Assembly (NCBI RefSeq): GCF_000341895.1 | Contig: NC_020409.1 | Coordinates: 1,920,001 to 1,952,000, forward strand | Direction of reading: 5' to 3' | DNA from: Pseudodesulfovibrio piezophilus C1TLV30 | GTDB taxonomy: Bacteria > Desulfobacterota > Desulfovibrionia > Desulfovibrionales > Desulfovibrionaceae | DNA length: 32,000 nt | Shown: piece after piece, positions 30,504-32,000 of the stretch | Numbering within the stretch: the stretch's first letter is position 1 | Layout of the letters: every line of letters starts with the position of its first letter | Translations under genes and position numbers: made by a program | The notes under the pieces: model-generated | Seen by the model: only the letters and a program-made list of their open reading frames with translations | What the model was told of the DNA's origin: nothing | Database searches by the model: none

Positions 30504-32000
30504 ATGAAAATCGGAGTTTTCGTCTGCCACTGCGGCAGCAACATAGCCGGAACCGTCGATGTCGCCGAAGTGGCCAAACAGGCCCGCAAAATGCCCAATG
30601 TGGCCTTTGCCAGCGACACTTTGTACGCGTGCTCGGAACCGGGCCAGGACGGCATCATCGACGCCATCAAGGAACATGGACTTGACGGCGTCGTGGTTGC
30701 ATCCTGCACCCCGCGCATGCATGAACCGACCTTCCGCCGGACTGTGGAACGCGCCGGTCTCAACAAATACATGTTCGAGATGGCCAATATCCGCGAGCAT
30801 GTCTCGTGGATCGGCAAAGATACGGAAGCCAATACAGCCAAGGCCATTGATCTGGTCTCCATGGCTGCGGCCAAGCTCGCCCATGACAAAGGGCTGACAC
30901 CTAAGAAATTCGACATTAACAAACGCGTGCTCGTCATCGGCGGCGGCGTGGCCGGAATTCAGGCAGCCCTGGACTGCGCGGACGGTGGACTTGATGTCGT
31001 TCTCGTGGAAAAGACTTCATCCATCGGCGGCAAGATGTCGAAGCTGGATAAGACTTTCCCCACAGTGGACTGCTCAAGCTGTATCCTCGGCCCCAAGATG
31101 GTCGATGTGGCCCAGCACCCGAACATCACCCTTTATGCCAGTTCCGAAATCGCGGACATCAAAGGGTATGTGGGCAATTTCAATATCACCGTCAAGAAGA
31201 AAGCCACCTATGTGGACTGGGATGCCTGCACAGGCTGCGGTCTGTGTATGGAGAAATGTCCGAGCAAGAAAAGCAAGGACTATTTCAACGAGGAAATCGG
31301 CACCACCACGGCGATCAACATCCCGTTTCCCCAGGCCATTCCTAAAAAAGCGGTTATTGACGCTGATTTCTGCAAAAAATTGCAAAGTGGCAAATGCGGC
31401 GTCTGTGAAAAAGTCTGCCCCACCAAAGCTATCAGATTCGAACAGCAAGACGAGGCTGTGGAAGAAGCCGTTGGAGCGATTATCGTAGCCACAGGCTATG
31501 ACCTCTTTGATTTCACTCGTTACGGAGAATACGGGGGCGGTCGATACCCGGACGTCATCACCTCAATGCAATACGAACGACTGCTCTCGGCCTCCGGCCC
31601 CACCGGCGGACACGTCAAACGTCCGTCCGATGGCAAGGAGCCGGAGACCGTGGTCTTCATCCAATGCGTCGGTTCAAGAGACAAATCCATTGGCAGGCCA
31701 TACTGCTCAGGCTTCTGTTGCATGTACACGGCTAAGCAGGCTATTCTGACCAAGGATCACATGCCGGATTCACAATCCTATGTCTTCTATATGGATATCC
31801 GCGCACCAGGAAAGCTGTACGACGAATTCACCCGTCGAGCCATGGAAGAATACGACACCAAGTACATTCGTGGCCGCGTCGCCATGATTTATCCCAAAGG
31901 TGACAAATATGTTGTCCGTGGAGCGGATACACTGCTTGGCAGCCAGGTTGAGATCGAAGCAGACCTCGTTGTCCTCGCGGTCGGAGCCGAAGCAGCCCAC
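30504..32000 (+). CDS. hdrA: Heterodisulfide reductase subunit A-like flavoprotein, N-terminal 499 codons; continues beyond the window
   Basis: This gene is missing from the ORF track because there is no stop within the window. AAGGAG lies upstream of the ATG at 30504. My own translation of this frame reads MKIGVFVCHCGSNIAGTVDV...VLVIGGGVAGIQAALD...FPTVDCSSCILGPK...CTGCGLCMEKCP...CGVCEKVCP...FIQCVGSRD...CSGFCCMY, and it is open to position 32000. Confidence 0.93.
   Translation, partial: MKIGVFVCHCGSNIAGTVDVAEVAKQARKMPNVAFASDTLYACSEPGQDGIIDAIKEHGLDGVVVASCTPRMHEPTFRRTVERAGLNKYMFEMANIREHVSWIGKDTEANTAKAIDLVSMAAAKLAHDKGLTPKKFDINKRVLVIGGGVAGIQAALDCADGGLDVVLVEKTSSIGGKMSKLDKTFPTVDCSSCILGPKMVDVAQHPNITLYASSEIADIKGYVGNFNITVKKKATYVDWDACTGCGLCMEKCPSKKSKDYFNEEIGTTTAINIPFPQAIPKKAVIDADFCKKLQSGKCGVCEKVCPTKAIRFEQQDEAVEEAVGAIIVATGYDLFDFTRYGEYGGGRYPDVITSMQYERLLSASGPTGGHVKRPSDGKEPETVVFIQCVGSRDKSIGRPYCSGFCCMYTAKQAILTKDHMPDSQSYVFYMDIRAPGKLYDEFTRRAMEEYDTKYIRGRVAMIYPKGDKYVVRGADTLLGSQVEIEADLVVLAVGAEAAH

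Overview
The window is a chromosomal segment that looks like a Desulfovibrionaceae-type sulfate reducer. That assignment is inferred from gene content, not from any search. I support 29 protein-coding genes (two run off the window edges), one tRNA(CAU), several intrinsic terminators and a few regulatory sites.

Gene order, left to right:
- Nif3-like protein (partial), tRNA-CAU, DUF4911-like protein
- SlyD/FKBP-methyltransferase fusion
- HD-GYP phosphodiesterase, preceded on its own strand by a candidate c-di-GMP-I riboswitch
- ferritin-like protein
- ArsP-type permease, ArsR and a Cys-rich Fe-S metallochaperone-like protein, with a shared TTCTAGAA operator motif
- orphan periplasmic binding protein, uvrA, YciI-like protein
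- minus-strand operon: 80-aa protein, hydantoinase-like, HDAC-like, 3D-domain
- GT9 heptosyltransferase, DUF4079 membrane protein, CxxCxxCC protein
- an unusual 634-aa protein (Arg/Asp 9-aa tandem repeats, chorismate-mutase-like segment, EPSP-synthase-like body with degenerate catalytic motifs) plus an overlapping 101-aa coiled-coil ORF
- aconitase, PpiD
- Fe-ADH, PAS histidine kinase, NtrC-type sigma-54 regulator, near-consensus sigma-54 promoter, second Fe-ADH, hdrC, hdrB, hdrA (partial)

I saw no CRISPR array, transposase, integrase or rRNA. Most long antisense ORFs in the supplied track are shadow ORFs of GC-rich genes.

The most interesting items are the riboswitch candidate, the repeat/EPSPS-like chimera and the uncharacterised hydantoinase-HDAC-3D operon. 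All domain calls come from reading motifs in the translations by eye. No database search was possible.
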